DNA of 64,000 nucleotides from an uncultured Pseudobdellovibrionaceae bacterium (GCA_963803705.1 CAWDNU010000002.1:32753-96752); one strand, 5' to 3'. Positions 1-10,398 are shown, counted from the stretch's first letter. Translations and numbers: made by a program. The notes: a model not told the origin generated them from the sequence alone.

Positions 1-2
1 AT

Positions 3-146
3 TTAAAAACGGCCATTAGAATTATGGCAAAAACTCAACTAAACAAAGATCTGACAAAAGAGCAGGTAAGCTCTATTGAGGTCTTTTTAAATGCCCTGAC
101 AGGTGAAAGGCCGTTAATTTACGAACCAGGAAAAGTTCGGCTATAG
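3..146 (+). CDS. C-terminal end of a di-heme cytochrome c peroxidase (partial, runs off the window start)
   Basis: Own translation of frame 3: LKTAIRIMAKTQLNKDLTKEQVSSIEVFLNALTGERP...*, resembling the CCP C-terminal pattern L..A..IM...QL...L...IxxFLxxLTGE.P. Confidence 0.7.
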   Translation, partial: LKTAIRIMAKTQLNKDLTKEQVSSIEVFLNALTGERPLIYEPGKVRL

Positions 147-211
147 AAAATAGTATTGGTTTTTTAAATCTATATATTTCGACACTAGATTAGGTCATAA
201 TAGTTTTATGG

Positions 212-763
212 GTGTTTATGAGTAATTTAAACAAAACAAAATTTTATTCCTTTCTAAGCATTTCATTTGCTATATTTTTCTTGCTAGGTCTACTTTTGGG
301 CAAAAAAACTGACATTTTTAACATGCTAATTTCAAGATCAAACAGACCTTTAAAGCAGTTAAATAATTTTGAACCTAGGTCGAAATTCATGAAGAACAAA
401 TTTGATGTAAGCAGCAACAATATCATCACTTACGAGATTGAAAGGAAAGCTTTGAAAATAGCAATATCTAATTACAAGGCTATTTTTAATTCTATTAGAT
501 TGGTCAATTTTAATGATTCGATTACCGGTGCACCACTGGGTTACCAAGTTAGATCGCTTGATAAAAACAGCCCAATCTACAATTATGGAATTCGAGCTGG
601 TGACATACTGATTTATTTCAATGATGAAAAAATAAATTCGATCCCTTTAGCACTTAAAAATTTTGCAAAAGTAAAAATAAATTTGAACTCAATGTCAAAT
701 TTCAAGATTGGCCTAACAAGAAGTAATGACAATTATATATTAAATTATAATTTAAAAGATTAA
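212..763 (+). CDS. Membrane-anchored PDZ-domain protein, GspC (T2SS protein C) C-terminal-like
   Basis: N-terminal TM helix; PDZ motif GYQVRSLDKNSPIYNYGIRAGDILIYFND; no other T2SS genes nearby. Confidence 0.65.
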   Translation: MFMSNLNKTKFYSFLSISFAIFFLLGLLLGKKTDIFNMLISRSNRPLKQLNNFEPRSKFMKNKFDVSSNNIITYEIERKALKIAISNYKAIFNSIRLVNFNDSITGAPLGYQVRSLDKNSPIYNYGIRAGDILIYFNDEKINSIPLALKNFAKVKINLNSMSNFKIGLTRSNDNYILNYNLKD

Positions 764-888
764 ATAGCTGGTTTGCTATCTTGTTTTTAAGTAGTTGGGG
801 GCTCTTGAGATTTAACATCTCGAATAGGATACTTTGAACTTGAGCCGAAAGCTTTAGCCAAAAATTTACCCGCAAATATTTTCGAGCT

Positions 889-2169
889 CTATTGTACTAA
901 ATTTTGATGTGCTTTTTCTGCTAGCCCCTGAATAATCGAATGAAAACTTTTAAAAGTTTGAATTCTGTCAGATCCAAATCTTTGCAGTAAACCATCAAAG
1001 ATAGCAGGGACTTTAGATGTGCCACCTGTACAGCAAATTGAATCAATATCTTGCGGTCGAAGCCCTGCTTGATGAATAACTTCATCCATACACTTTAAAA
1101 TAGCTTGAATTTGGGCGTTGGTTATCTTTTCAAATTCTGTAAAACTGATTTTTTCGTGAATACTAATATCTGCTTCGTTAAATCTAAAATCCGCAATGGA
1201 TTTGAAATTACACAAACTTACTTTTGTTTGCTCAATGTTTTCAAAAATTTGAAATCCCAAATTATAATTAACTAAACTTTTTAAGTGATCTAGCTTTTCT
1301 CGATCGATCTTTGAAATAGGGCTTTTTCTAACAGACTCTAGAAATGGCATGATGCTAGACCTTCCTAGAAATGTTATGTCAGGCGGTGAGCAGATTTCAT
1401 ACTTTAAGCTAGAAGGCATCTTCTTCATCGAAGTAGAAAGGGGCAGCTTATATTTAATTTCAGTTCCAAAATTCGGAGCTATGATCTGACTCATAATCCG
1501 ACTATCCAGGGCATTGCCCGCAACGGATATTCCGCCGATAGACAAAACATCCTTACTTTGAAATGGGCCTCTGTGCACTTTGACCACAGTGAAATCAGAA
1601 GTTCCACCGCCAAGATCTACAACAAGTATAATTTTTTCGTCTTGTATTTGTTTTTTGTAGTCGTAAGCTGCGGCTAATGGCTCGGGCATAAATTCGATAT
1701 CAATGAATCCGGCTAATTGAGCTGCTTTCATAAGTCGGTCATTTGCCAATTTATCCTCTGTGGGATCAGAAGAAAAACTTGCTGGACGGCCCAAAACCAA
1801 CCTGGTGATATCACTCTGAAAATGATGGTCAGCTCTTTTTTTCATCTCTTTTAAAAATTCTGAAATCAAAGTTTCTAAATTGTGATGACGGTTTCCAATT
1901 CGGGTTCCAGTAAAACTTTTTTGTGGCAGGTACTTCTTGATCGATCTTAAAAATCGACCGGACCCGTCTTCTTCTACAAAACGTTGGATAGCTTCTTGAC
2001 CAAAGTAGACGTTTAAATCTTCGGAAAAGTAAATTAAGCTTCTTAGAGTTGAACAATTATCGCTAAAAGGGTCTAACGCGATTGGCATATAGGTCTTCTG
2101 TGAGTCTGCTGCAGCCAATAAAGAGTTAGAGGTTCCAAAATCGATGGCATAAGTCAAATTTTTATTCAT
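889..2169 (-). CDS. yegD: Hsp70-family protein, YegD-like
   Basis: AIDFGTSNS, GRP, PEPLAAA, VVDLGGGTSDF and TGGTSKVP motifs; no substrate-binding domain. Confidence 0.85.
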   Translation of the reverse strand: MNKNLTYAIDFGTSNSLLAAADSQKTYMPIALDPFSDNCSTLRSLIYFSEDLNVYFGQEAIQRFVEEDGSGRFLRSIKKYLPQKSFTGTRIGNRHHNLETLISEFLKEMKKRADHHFQSDITRLVLGRPASFSSDPTEDKLANDRLMKAAQLAGFIDIEFMPEPLAAAYDYKKQIQDEKIILVVDLGGGTSDFTVVKVHRGPFQSKDVLSIGGISVAGNALDSRIMSQIIAPNFGTEIKYKLPLSTSMKKMPSSLKYEICSPPDITFLGRSSIMPFLESVRKSPISKIDREKLDHLKSLVNYNLGFQIFENIEQTKVSLCNFKSIADFRFNEADISIHEKISFTEFEKITNAQIQAILKCMDEVIHQAGLRPQDIDSICCTGGTSKVPAIFDGLLQRFGSDRIQTFKSFHSIIQGLAEKAHQNLVQ

Positions 2170-2323
2170 ACCAAAAAATTATAGCTAGTCGCCCAGTATT
2201 TCAAGATTTTCTTGCGATAAAATAAATGTGCAGCTAAAGTTCTGAGTAGACGCTTGTGTTGACCTATTTAAGTAAACAAATGCCAAATGTTACTTAATTA
2301 TTTTAAGTCTGGACTATATACTG

Positions 2324-2821
2324 ATGAAAGGCCTTGAGCTAAAGAAAGAACTTTTGACTACCTTGATAGACAGTTTGATTTTAGAACATCAGGCTTTAAT
2401 TTTATCAGCGCTAGAAGCCAAAGATGCTGCTACAAGTGAAGAGTCTAAGGCAGAAAATAAGTACGATACCCGAGGTTTAGAGGCCTCGTATTTGGCAGGT
2501 GCTCAGTCCAAAAGATCTAAGGACATGGAGCGTGCAATACATAGTTTGAAAACTTTGAAATTCGTTGATGTATCAAAACTTAAAAAAATCAGCTTAACTT
2601 CAATAGTGAAATTAGAAATTCTAGAAAGCTTAAAGACCAAGATGATTTTTATTTTACCTTATGCTGGCGGGAATAAAATTCTGTTAAACAGCATGGTTTA
2701 TCAAGTTATTACCCCCGAGTCCCCAATGGGCTTACAATTGATAAATAGATCAGTGGGCGATGTAGTCATTTTAAAAAATAAAAACTCATCAAGTGAATAC
2801 GAAGTTTTGTCATTGGCATAG
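2324..2821 (+). CDS. GreA/GreB-family elongation factor-like protein
   Basis: ESKAENKYDTRGLEASYLA and ITPESPMG motifs. Confidence 0.8.
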   Translation: MKGLELKKELLTTLIDSLILEHQALILSALEAKDAATSEESKAENKYDTRGLEASYLAGAQSKRSKDMERAIHSLKTLKFVDVSKLKKISLTSIVKLEILESLKTKMIFILPYAGGNKILLNSMVYQVITPESPMGLQLINRSVGDVVILKNKNSSSEYEVLSLA

Positions 2822-2955
2822 ATCAATCTTCCACAGGCCCTAGTATCAGTTAATTTCTAAATAGAATTTTATTACAAAAAAAAACAGGCTATTAAGCTAG
2901 TTATGGACTTAGTGTTGGATGGCTGACAAGCAAAAGCTTTTGAAAAACTAAATAT

Positions 2956-3342
2956 CTAATAGACTTTCTTACGATTTTGCTTAACTTCCCCTTTTAGCTT
3001 TTTAGAGTTAAGCCTTTTGTTAACACTCGAACGAGATGGTCGTGTTTTTCTTCTTGTTTTAGGTTTGAAAAACGCTTTTTTAATTAGTATTTTCAATTTT
3101 TCAAGGCATCTTTTTTTGTTTCTTTCCAAATCTCTGAACTCGTCAGAGCGGATGTAGATCTCACCGGATTTATTTATAAGATCTGGCAATTTTGTTCTCA
3201 GTGCTTCTTTTTTTTCGTCGGTTAATGAAGATTCTTCGAATCGCCATAGCATTAAGGCTGCAGAATTCACCTTATTTACGTTTTGACCCCCAGGCCCACG
3301 GCTTTTCATAGCTTTAAAACTGACATCTTTTTTATAAATCAT
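2956..3342 (-). CDS. arfB: Alternative ribosome rescue peptidyl-tRNA hydrolase ArfB (YaeJ)
   Basis: SRGPGGQNVNKVNS GGQ motif; basic C-terminal tail RRKTRPSRSS. Confidence 0.92.
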   Translation of the reverse strand: MIYKKDVSFKAMKSRGPGGQNVNKVNSAALMLWRFEESSLTDEKKEALRTKLPDLINKSGEIYIRSDEFRDLERNKKRCLEKLKILIKKAFFKPKTRRKTRPSRSSVNKRLNSKKLKGEVKQNRKKVY

Positions 3343-3495
3343 AGGTCTATTATTTCATAAGTTTTTAGTTAAATGAACTAAAAGAGTATAAGTTAAGGCA
3401 GGTTAAAGCTGTCCCGACTAAAACCTCAACATGTGGTAGTTTTCCTTTCGAATTTAAATTGATAATAGAGCTTACAGCTATATACTTGTTTAAGT

Positions 3496-4464
3496 ATGTT
3501 AAAATTTTATATTTCAGAAAATAATAAAATTAAAGAGATTCAAGACCCACTAATCTTATTAGATAATTTGGTTTGGGTAGACATGATTTTTCCTACGAAA
3601 GATGAAGAGCACTTTGTCGAAAATCTTTTGCAGATCGACACGCCAACACAAGAAGAGATGTTAGAGATCGAAGTCTCAAGCCGACTTTATGTTGAAAACT
3701 CGGCAATATACACCACCGCGACACTTGTAACTCCGTTTGAAAAAGATCATCCAGAAACCGAGTCTGTAACCTTTATATTTAAAGATAAAACTCTCATTAC
3801 TTTGAGGCATTCTGAACTTAAAGCATTTAGTTTGTTCATAAACCGCTGTAGAAAAAACAGGACCGAAGCTATTGGGTCAGGGGCTGATGTGTTTATAGGG
3901 CTAGCTGAGGCCATTGTAGATCGATTGGCAGATGCTTTGGAGATGATTAGTAAAGAACTTGATGATACATCTTCAAAAGTTTTTCAAAAAACTGGCGAAG
4001 GTGGAACTCAGGGACATAGTTTGCAGGATGTGCTTAAAAAGATTGGCAGAAATGGTGATCTAAATGGGAAGCTTAGAGAGAGCTTACTAAGCTTGTCTCG
4101 CGTCATAGTGTACTTACTGTCTGTCGGGGTTAAATATAATCAGGTTCACATAGAAGAATTGGAATCTCATTCGAAAGATATAGTAGCTTTAAATGAATAT
4201 ACAGGGCATATCTCGCAACGAATTAACTTGTTATTAGACGCTACCTTGGGAATGATCAATATCGAGCAAAACGCGATTATCAAAATATTCTCGGTAGCTG
4301 CGGTGGTTTTTTTGCCACCAACATTAATAGCAAGTATTTATGGTATGAACTTCAAAGATATGCCTGAAATAAGCTGGCCCTACGGCTATCCATTTGCCCT
4401 AGCCTTGATGGTTTTATTCGCGATACTTCCATATTTGTTTTTTAAAAAGAAAAACTGGCTATAG
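3496..4464 (+). CDS. corA: CorA-family Mg2+/Co2+ transporter
   Basis: EIEVSSRLY; PPTLIASIYGMNF signature; two C-terminal TMs. Confidence 0.93.
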   Translation: MLKFYISENNKIKEIQDPLILLDNLVWVDMIFPTKDEEHFVENLLQIDTPTQEEMLEIEVSSRLYVENSAIYTTATLVTPFEKDHPETESVTFIFKDKTLITLRHSELKAFSLFINRCRKNRTEAIGSGADVFIGLAEAIVDRLADALEMISKELDDTSSKVFQKTGEGGTQGHSLQDVLKKIGRNGDLNGKLRESLLSLSRVIVYLLSVGVKYNQVHIEELESHSKDIVALNEYTGHISQRINLLLDATLGMINIEQNAIIKIFSVAAVVFLPPTLIASIYGMNFKDMPEISWPYGYPFALALMVLFAILPYLFFKKKNWL

Positions 4465-4616
4465 TGCTCTCAAATAGCATTTCTAGTTCGAGATAAAGAT
4501 CAAGTTGATGAATATGGGCTAATCCAATATAATAAATTTAAAATCGAAGTTTCGAACAAGGCAACTGATTTGTACAACTCTACTGATCACAGACACAACC
4601 CATGCTAAGTTTGCTA

Positions 4617-5299
4617 TTAGTTTTCCATGTTTTTATCGAAAAAATTTACAATTTCTTTAGAATTAAATAACCAAGTTTTCACAATTGTCCATATGTGGCC
4701 TGAGTTATAAGTAATCACTTTGTCGGGGTTTAGAGCTTTATTAATTTTTCTTGGTTCTCAGAATTTACTGTTTTATCTTTCTTAGCTTTTACAAACATCA
4801 CCTTTTTGTTCGTATATACATCTTTAAAATCAATAGGATTTAATATTTTTGTTTGTTTAAGAGCCTTTTCGTATTCTTCGGTCTCTTTGAAGCCATATTT
4901 TTTAAATCTTTTTTTCCTATAACTTGCAAGGCTACTTTCATTGGAAGTAGCTATTACTTCAGAGACAGGTGCACCAGCAGCAATAATTACTGCCACATCA
5001 ATTTGTTTTATTTGTCCTAATGAAATAGCGGCTTTGTCCAGACCCTCCCAATTTTGAACACTTATCACTTTAAAACCTTTATTTGCTAAGCTTTTAGAAT
5101 AAGAATGTTCTAGATATGTCGGGCCCCCAGTGGGCGGCATTACAATGATCACTGAAGTTACAGGTTTTGGCTTCTTTAGCTGATAGATTTTGGCTTCGAC
5201 CTGATAAGGCGAGTAAGTCATTCTCTTCATTTCGACGCTGCTGCAGGAGCAAGATATTAAAGTTCCGACCGTTAAAAGGACTGTTAAAAATGTCGGCAT
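4617..5299 (-). pseudogene. Disrupted alpha/beta-hydrolase lipoprotein (apparent internal deletion plus frameshift)
   Basis: Lipoprotein-like start MPTFLTVLLTVGTLISC at 5299; PPTGG motif; no GxSxG; ORF stops at 4730 but an adjacent frame continues KALNPDKVITYNSGHIWTIVKTWLFNSKEIVNFFDKNMEN* to 4617. Confidence 0.65.
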
Positions 5300-5633
5300 T
5301 GGCGTATCAGCTTTGTATTTATCATCAAATCTACTTTGAAAATTTTCAAGACTTATGACCTTTAAGAACCCTTCTGTTCTGGAAATCATATAATTGAAGT
5401 TGATAAGTTTCAATTATGTGATTTGAAACGAGGTCCTACCACACTAGTGGCTAAGGGGTGGCTAGACCCGACGATGTCATGAAGATGTAGAAAAAGTTTT
5501 GACTATCCTTTAGAGCGAAAAACGTCACTCTTGACTTTTAATGTCACATTTTCACTTAAAAAAAGCACATACTCGAACCTATTAGGACACGTATTTTGCA
5601 CATTCATTTCTGTAATAAGCCCTGGAGCTGAAA

Positions 5634-6674
5634 GTGGAAGGAAAATCGATGATAAAGGCAATATTTTTTTTAGTTTTAACCATTTTATTTTCTTATTCGC
5701 AAGCGTACGCAGGTGGTAACAAGCCTGTCCAAATGACCTGTCGAATTGACCTGAATCCTAATAATGGCTCATTTTGGAGGAAAGACAATAATTTGACGTA
5801 CACAGAACAGATAGTTTTACCCTTATCTGCAGACGTCAGTGACCATCAGGTCATCTTTCAGTCAGACGAAATCAACGCACATTTCCATAGATCAATTGTC
5901 TTTTTGGGCAATGCTACTGTCGATCCCCTAACTGGTAGAAGAAAAATTTTCATTGGAATTTATCAGGCTTCAGATAGAAAAGAAAATATCGACAAGGCCA
6001 ATCTTATGTTTAGTCTTCCTTTCACTGAGTTTTACAAAAAATATGACGGCAAGATAGGCCACAGCACTCAGTATGGGTTACCCATCGTTTCTGCTGTTTC
6101 TGATTCAGGTTCACTGGAAATTTTTACCGGGGATTACTTCAATGGTAGATTTAAGATGAGCTGTAAAGCGAATGGATATGATATTCAAGCATCAAGCTTT
6201 GACCCATTGAAATCGCCCAGAGAAAGATTTTCATGTAATATAAACTTGAAAAATGCATATTCAAAGCAAACTGTGAATGAATTAAGTAGACCAGTCATTC
6301 TAGGTTTTTCAACTGAAGACAGAAATGACCTACAACCTATAATTGAAGATAACATGTTTGAAGGTTTGCTGACTAACATAAGAGTGATGGGAAATTTATA
6401 TATTAACCAGGAAACCCTAAAGCCAGAATTTCTACTGGGTATTTATCGAATGTCTAAACTTTATGATCCAAAATTACACGCTGGCTTTCATATACCGAAA
6501 AATCAGACATTAAATAAAAATGGTAACCCGAACTATTACGCAGTGCCGGTAGCAGAGATTCGCACCGAATCCGATTACGCGGAACTAAGAACTAGAGTCG
6601 CTTTAGACGGTTATAGGATGGAAATTGAGTGTAAAAAAATTAATAATTCAATCGAATGGACTGACAAAATTTAG
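5634..6674 (+). CDS. Secreted hypothetical protein with an internally duplicated domain
   Basis: Signal peptide ending AYA; two similar halves, each bounded by Cys. Confidence 0.7.
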   Translation: MEGKSMIKAIFFLVLTILFSYSQAYAGGNKPVQMTCRIDLNPNNGSFWRKDNNLTYTEQIVLPLSADVSDHQVIFQSDEINAHFHRSIVFLGNATVDPLTGRRKIFIGIYQASDRKENIDKANLMFSLPFTEFYKKYDGKIGHSTQYGLPIVSAVSDSGSLEIFTGDYFNGRFKMSCKANGYDIQASSFDPLKSPRERFSCNINLKNAYSKQTVNELSRPVILGFSTEDRNDLQPIIEDNMFEGLLTNIRVMGNLYINQETLKPEFLLGIYRMSKLYDPKLHAGFHIPKNQTLNKNGNPNYYAVPVAEIRTESDYAELRTRVALDGYRMEIECKKINNSIEWTDKI

Positions 6675-6736
6675 GTTATGTTGAACGAAGCGATTTTTCA
6701 GATTACTTTGAATTTCAAACAGCTTGAAAATTTGAT

Positions 6737-7261
6737 TCAGTTTGCAAAACAGTAAGTCACAATTTTGCCATCAACGTCGCCATCTAGTTTTCTGCCTTCA
6801 AACCAATTTGAGTAAGGTAAACCACCAGACTTTTTTTCATTTGGTAAATTGTATTTTCCTTCCGGTTGAACAAAATAGTAATAATTAGAATAGGTATGTT
6901 CCACGTCAAAAGCTTCGCACCCCTCAGGTCCCATTGGCGCTGAAAATTCGCTGGTAACTTCTTTTGGTTCTTTGGTTCCATTTTCTATATAACTTACCGT
7001 GGTCACCAAAGAATAAATCCTGGTTGTATTTTCTAGAAGCCATTCTTTACCTTTTACTACTTCTACGTAATAGGTTTTTTTGTCTGTATCAATCCCTTCA
7101 GAGGCTTTACAGAAAGCTAAAAAAATTGATTGAACCAGAAATATGTTAAATATAATCGACTTCAGGAAATTCATTACAACGCTCCAGTGGTGACAATTTA
7201 CGTCACTTACCTTACAAAAGATATGCCATAGTTTTGATGTACTACTCTCCGTTTTAAACAA
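6737..7261 (-). CDS. Hypothetical secreted protein (true start probably MNFLKSIIF)
   Basis: ORF with a signal-peptide-like segment and two Cys in the mature part. Confidence 0.55.
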   Translation of the reverse strand: MFKTESSTSKLWHIFCKVSDVNCHHWSVVMNFLKSIIFNIFLVQSIFLAFCKASEGIDTDKKTYYVEVVKGKEWLLENTTRIYSLVTTVSYIENGTKEPKEVTSEFSAPMGPEGCEAFDVEHTYSNYYYFVQPEGKYNLPNEKKSGGLPYSNWFEGRKLDGDVDGKIVTYCFAN

Positions 7262-7409
7262 ATCTTGGCCAAAACCTTTGCGGTCTAGATGTAGATATAG
7301 TTTTTAAGCATGAAAAGATTACTTGATCTAAGTAGAGGTTTTTAAAGCTTAAAGGTGATTAAGCCTGCTTTAGGTTACGGATTCAAAATTACTTTATTAG
7401 ACTTAAAGT

Positions 7410-8375
7410 GTGCCCACAATAAAAAGTTTAATTTTTTTCTCAATATCTTTATTCAGTATCTACTTATCTAGTGCCTTTGCTGAAGGGACAGTGCAGCCAT
7501 CAACTGAAACTTTTAATGAGGATTCGTTTCTGATTTTACCAGAAGGATCTGGTGAATTTGAATTTAGATTTAATAAAGAGTCCTCACCATATTACTTAAA
7601 AAGGTGGCAAATAACTGATAAAGATATGATCCCGCCACCTAAAGTCTTTGAGCCCTCTGAGGACGACTTAGACAACCTAAGAGATAACGAAATTTTTAAG
7701 ATGCAAGAGTACAATACAAACTATATTATTTTTGGAGAGCCAGATACAAAAGTACAATTCAGCTTTAAGTTTAAGTTTTTTAAGAATATTGATATTTTTT
7801 TAGGTTATACACAAGTTATGTTTTGGAAGCTGTTTCAAGAGGACTCTAGTCCTTTCACAGAAATAAATTATAATCCGGAATTTTTCTACAAATATCAAAA
7901 TAAGACTTACTTGTTTAACGAGATCGATATTGGGTACTCGCATTTATCTAATGGCAAAGACGAAGTTGGTTCTAGATCCGTTGATTCAGTTTATTTAAAT
8001 CTTATGTCGTACGAAGTCTTCGATTATGGTATTCCAACGGTGCATTTAAAATTTAGGTATCTATTTAATAAAGATAAAACCAACAAAGATATCAGGGATT
8101 TTTATGGGCCTTTGAATGTTATATTTTATTTCAACAGGCTAGGTCGTAAAATTTTTCAAAGCGAAGAATTGTATTTTGAATATTACAATGGTGGCAAACT
8201 AGCTGACGACTTTTCAAAAACTTCTGTAAGGCTGAGCTTAAGATACAAATTCTGGAAATCAAGTGCCGCTCCAAAAATTTTTATCCAATACTTTAATGGC
8301 TACGGAGAAAACTTAGCAAATTATAATATCAGAGAAGAGACTTGCCGAATTGGTTTTTCTATCGGCGGATTCTAA
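7410..8375 (+). CDS. Outer-membrane phospholipase A (OMPLA) homologue, divergent
   Basis: KVQFSFK, YTQVMFW, SPFTEINYNPE, HLSNG, QYFNGYGENL motifs; signal peptide. Confidence 0.85.
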   Translation: MPTIKSLIFFSISLFSIYLSSAFAEGTVQPSTETFNEDSFLILPEGSGEFEFRFNKESSPYYLKRWQITDKDMIPPPKVFEPSEDDLDNLRDNEIFKMQEYNTNYIIFGEPDTKVQFSFKFKFFKNIDIFLGYTQVMFWKLFQEDSSPFTEINYNPEFFYKYQNKTYLFNEIDIGYSHLSNGKDEVGSRSVDSVYLNLMSYEVFDYGIPTVHLKFRYLFNKDKTNKDIRDFYGPLNVIFYFNRLGRKIFQSEELYFEYYNGGKLADDFSKTSVRLSLRYKFWKSSAAPKIFIQYFNGYGENLANYNIREETCRIGFSIGGF

Positions 8376-8469
8376 CCTGCCGCTGACATTTATAAAACAG
8401 TGGGCTCAGCCTCAGGAATTCCATTGGCAGTTTTAGATAGATTTCCTGATGTACGCAGCTGAGTCAAAT

Positions 8470-9312
8470 TTACGTGCCTTCTAGGTACTTTTTTTTGAAG
8501 GATGAATTTATATTTTGTGTTTTGACAAATCCAAAGAATTCGAATGTTTTCAGGGCAGGGTCATAAGCTGGCGGGACTGAAAATTTTGCTCCAACATGTA
8601 TATATGTTTTTACAAGTGTTGGTACGCACTGATCGTAAAGAATATTCATCTTTAGTTCGTTGATAGGTTTTTTTAAAGAATCAAGTTTTAAGCTAAATTC
8701 TGAGGCATCTTTGGCAACTCCGATTGGCCAATGAGTTTTAAGTGGAAGAATCTTGATATCTGAAACTAAACTCTTTGTTTTAAACACATCACAGAGCTTT
8801 AATATTTCGTCGTCACAAACATCCCACATGGAAGAACATCCAAAAAGGTAATCAGAATTAGTTAGTTTTAAATACTCGGCAATGCCTCGCCATAGTAAAG
8901 TGATTATTACCCCAGCTCTAGCATCGGGATCCACTGATGCTCGACCTAATTCCATTTTCCGACCCGGTAGCCTTAAAAATTCACTAAGGTCAAATTCGCG
9001 CTCAGAATAATGTTTAGAAACTTTATCGCTTAGTAGAAAGCGGTAAGTACCCACTACCGCCTTAGTTGTTCTATCGACTACAATCAGATGGTCAGCATTA
9101 TGATCGTATTGATCGATATCTACAATTCCTGAAAATCCTTTGGAAACTTGACTAAAAACTTTGAATCTTAATTGTTGGGCCTGAAGTATTTCGGCAAAAG
9201 TATTAGCTATTTTTACTACAAAGTTTTTTTTCTCGATTTCAAAATAATAGTGAGGTCGAGTTTTTTTGTAGTCATGATTTTCTATGCTCATCACAATAAA
9301 ATTCCTTTTCAA
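8470..9312 (-). CDS. GNAT-family N-acyltransferase (OlsB/hemolysin-like, amino-lipid synthesis)
   Basis: LRFKVF, DIDQYD, VVGTYR, ELGRASV, LLWRGI, YLFGCSS motifs. Confidence 0.82.
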   Translation of the reverse strand: MKRNFIVMSIENHDYKKTRPHYYFEIEKKNFVVKIANTFAEILQAQQLRFKVFSQVSKGFSGIVDIDQYDHNADHLIVVDRTTKAVVGTYRFLLSDKVSKHYSEREFDLSEFLRLPGRKMELGRASVDPDARAGVIITLLWRGIAEYLKLTNSDYLFGCSSMWDVCDDEILKLCDVFKTKSLVSDIKILPLKTHWPIGVAKDASEFSLKLDSLKKPINELKMNILYDQCVPTLVKTYIHVGAKFSVPPAYDPALKTFEFFGFVKTQNINSSFKKKYLEGT

Positions 9313-9376
9313 TCTTTACCATCTAATTGCAAATTGTCGTAACAATTTTTATGCTTAATAACATCAAAATTACTAA

Positions 9377-9790
9377 CTACTTGCCACCATGATGACTTGT
9401 CTCAATGGTAACATTTCTAAAGCCATTTTTTTTCAAGACATCCAAAACTTCCACTACAAGTCCCAAGTTCGATGCTTTATCACCTTGTAGGCTTACTGCT
9501 GCGCTAATTCCCTCTAGCTTCATTAGCTCTAATTCTCTTTTTAATTGACCCATAGACAGTTTTTTATTTTCCAAAAAAATGGTGCTCGAATTGTCAATGC
9601 TAACAGTAAATGATCTGCTGTTAGATTCTAAATTTTTTTTTGATGCGCTTGGGAGTGATAGTTTGATCCCGTTTCTACTAACTTTTTGCATCAACGCCAT
9701 CATAAAAATAAAAATTAGTATAAAAATACTATCTAAAATAGGAACTAAATTTATTTGAGGTGATAAAATAGAGTTTTCAGCAAGTTTCAT
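9377..9790 (-). CDS. exbD: ExbD/TolR-family protein
   Basis: INLVPILDSIFILIFIFM, LPSA, GDKAS, VVEVLD motifs. Confidence 0.85.
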   Translation of the reverse strand: MKLAENSILSPQINLVPILDSIFILIFIFMMALMQKVSRNGIKLSLPSASKKNLESNSRSFTVSIDNSSTIFLENKKLSMGQLKRELELMKLEGISAAVSLQGDKASNLGLVVEVLDVLKKNGFRNVTIETSHHGGK

Positions 9791-10398
9791 CAGGGTGTAA
9801 CCAAACTTTCAAAAGCAGAGATGTCACGTTCAAGCTTTGATCTTAGATTTTCGATTCGAGCTTTGAACTGATTGTAAACAATCAGTCCAATAATTGAAAT
9901 AACAAGTCCAAGTGCCGTTGTAACCAAAGCCTGAGATAGACCTGCAATCATCACTTGAGAGTTAAAAATATCACCAGATTCAGAAGTTAAGCTAGCCACA
10001 GAGGTTATAATGCCTAAAACAGTTCCTAAGATCCCAAGCAAAGGGCTAATATTAATTACTGTTTCAAGCCCTGCCATAGATTTTTTAGCATGATCTAATT
10101 TCTGCTGAGCTAATGATTGTAGAATTTGGCTGTGGATGCGACCCTTACTTGCCAAACAGTGTTTCAAGCAAATTAACGAGGGATCTTTTGAGCCTTCTAT
10201 AATATTTTTTGCGTCTTCAAAATGTTTATGGGCCATTAGGGTGTACACATGTTCCACATCTTTTGTGTTATATTTAGATGTAAGGCGAACCCAAAAAAAA
10301 GTTCGCTCTATGATAAGAATAAGACCTATGAGCGCGCATAATATAAGTGGAAAAACTAGAAAGCCACCCTGCAGGATGAATGACACTATATTTGACAT
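9790..10398 (-). CDS. exbB: MotA/TolQ/ExbB proton channel protein
   Basis: SPLLGILGTVLGII and GLSQALVTTALGL; coupled to exbD. Confidence 0.87.
   Translation of the reverse strand: MSNIVSFILQGGFLVFPLILCALIGLILIIERTFFWVRLTSKYNTKDVEHVYTLMAHKHFEDAKNIIEGSKDPSLICLKHCLASKGRIHSQILQSLAQQKLDHAKKSMAGLETVINISPLLGILGTVLGIITSVASLTSESGDIFNSQVMIAGLSQALVTTALGLVISIIGLIVYNQFKARIENLRSKLERDISAFESLVTP

Noticed and set aside
5300..5413. N-terminal extension of ORF 4730..5413
   Set aside because: A lipoprotein-like signal begins at ATG 5299; the upstream TTG-started stretch looks non-coding.
5420..5490. GC-richer intergenic stretch as a tRNA or ncRNA remnant
   Set aside because: No cloverleaf, T-loop motif or convincing stems on either strand.
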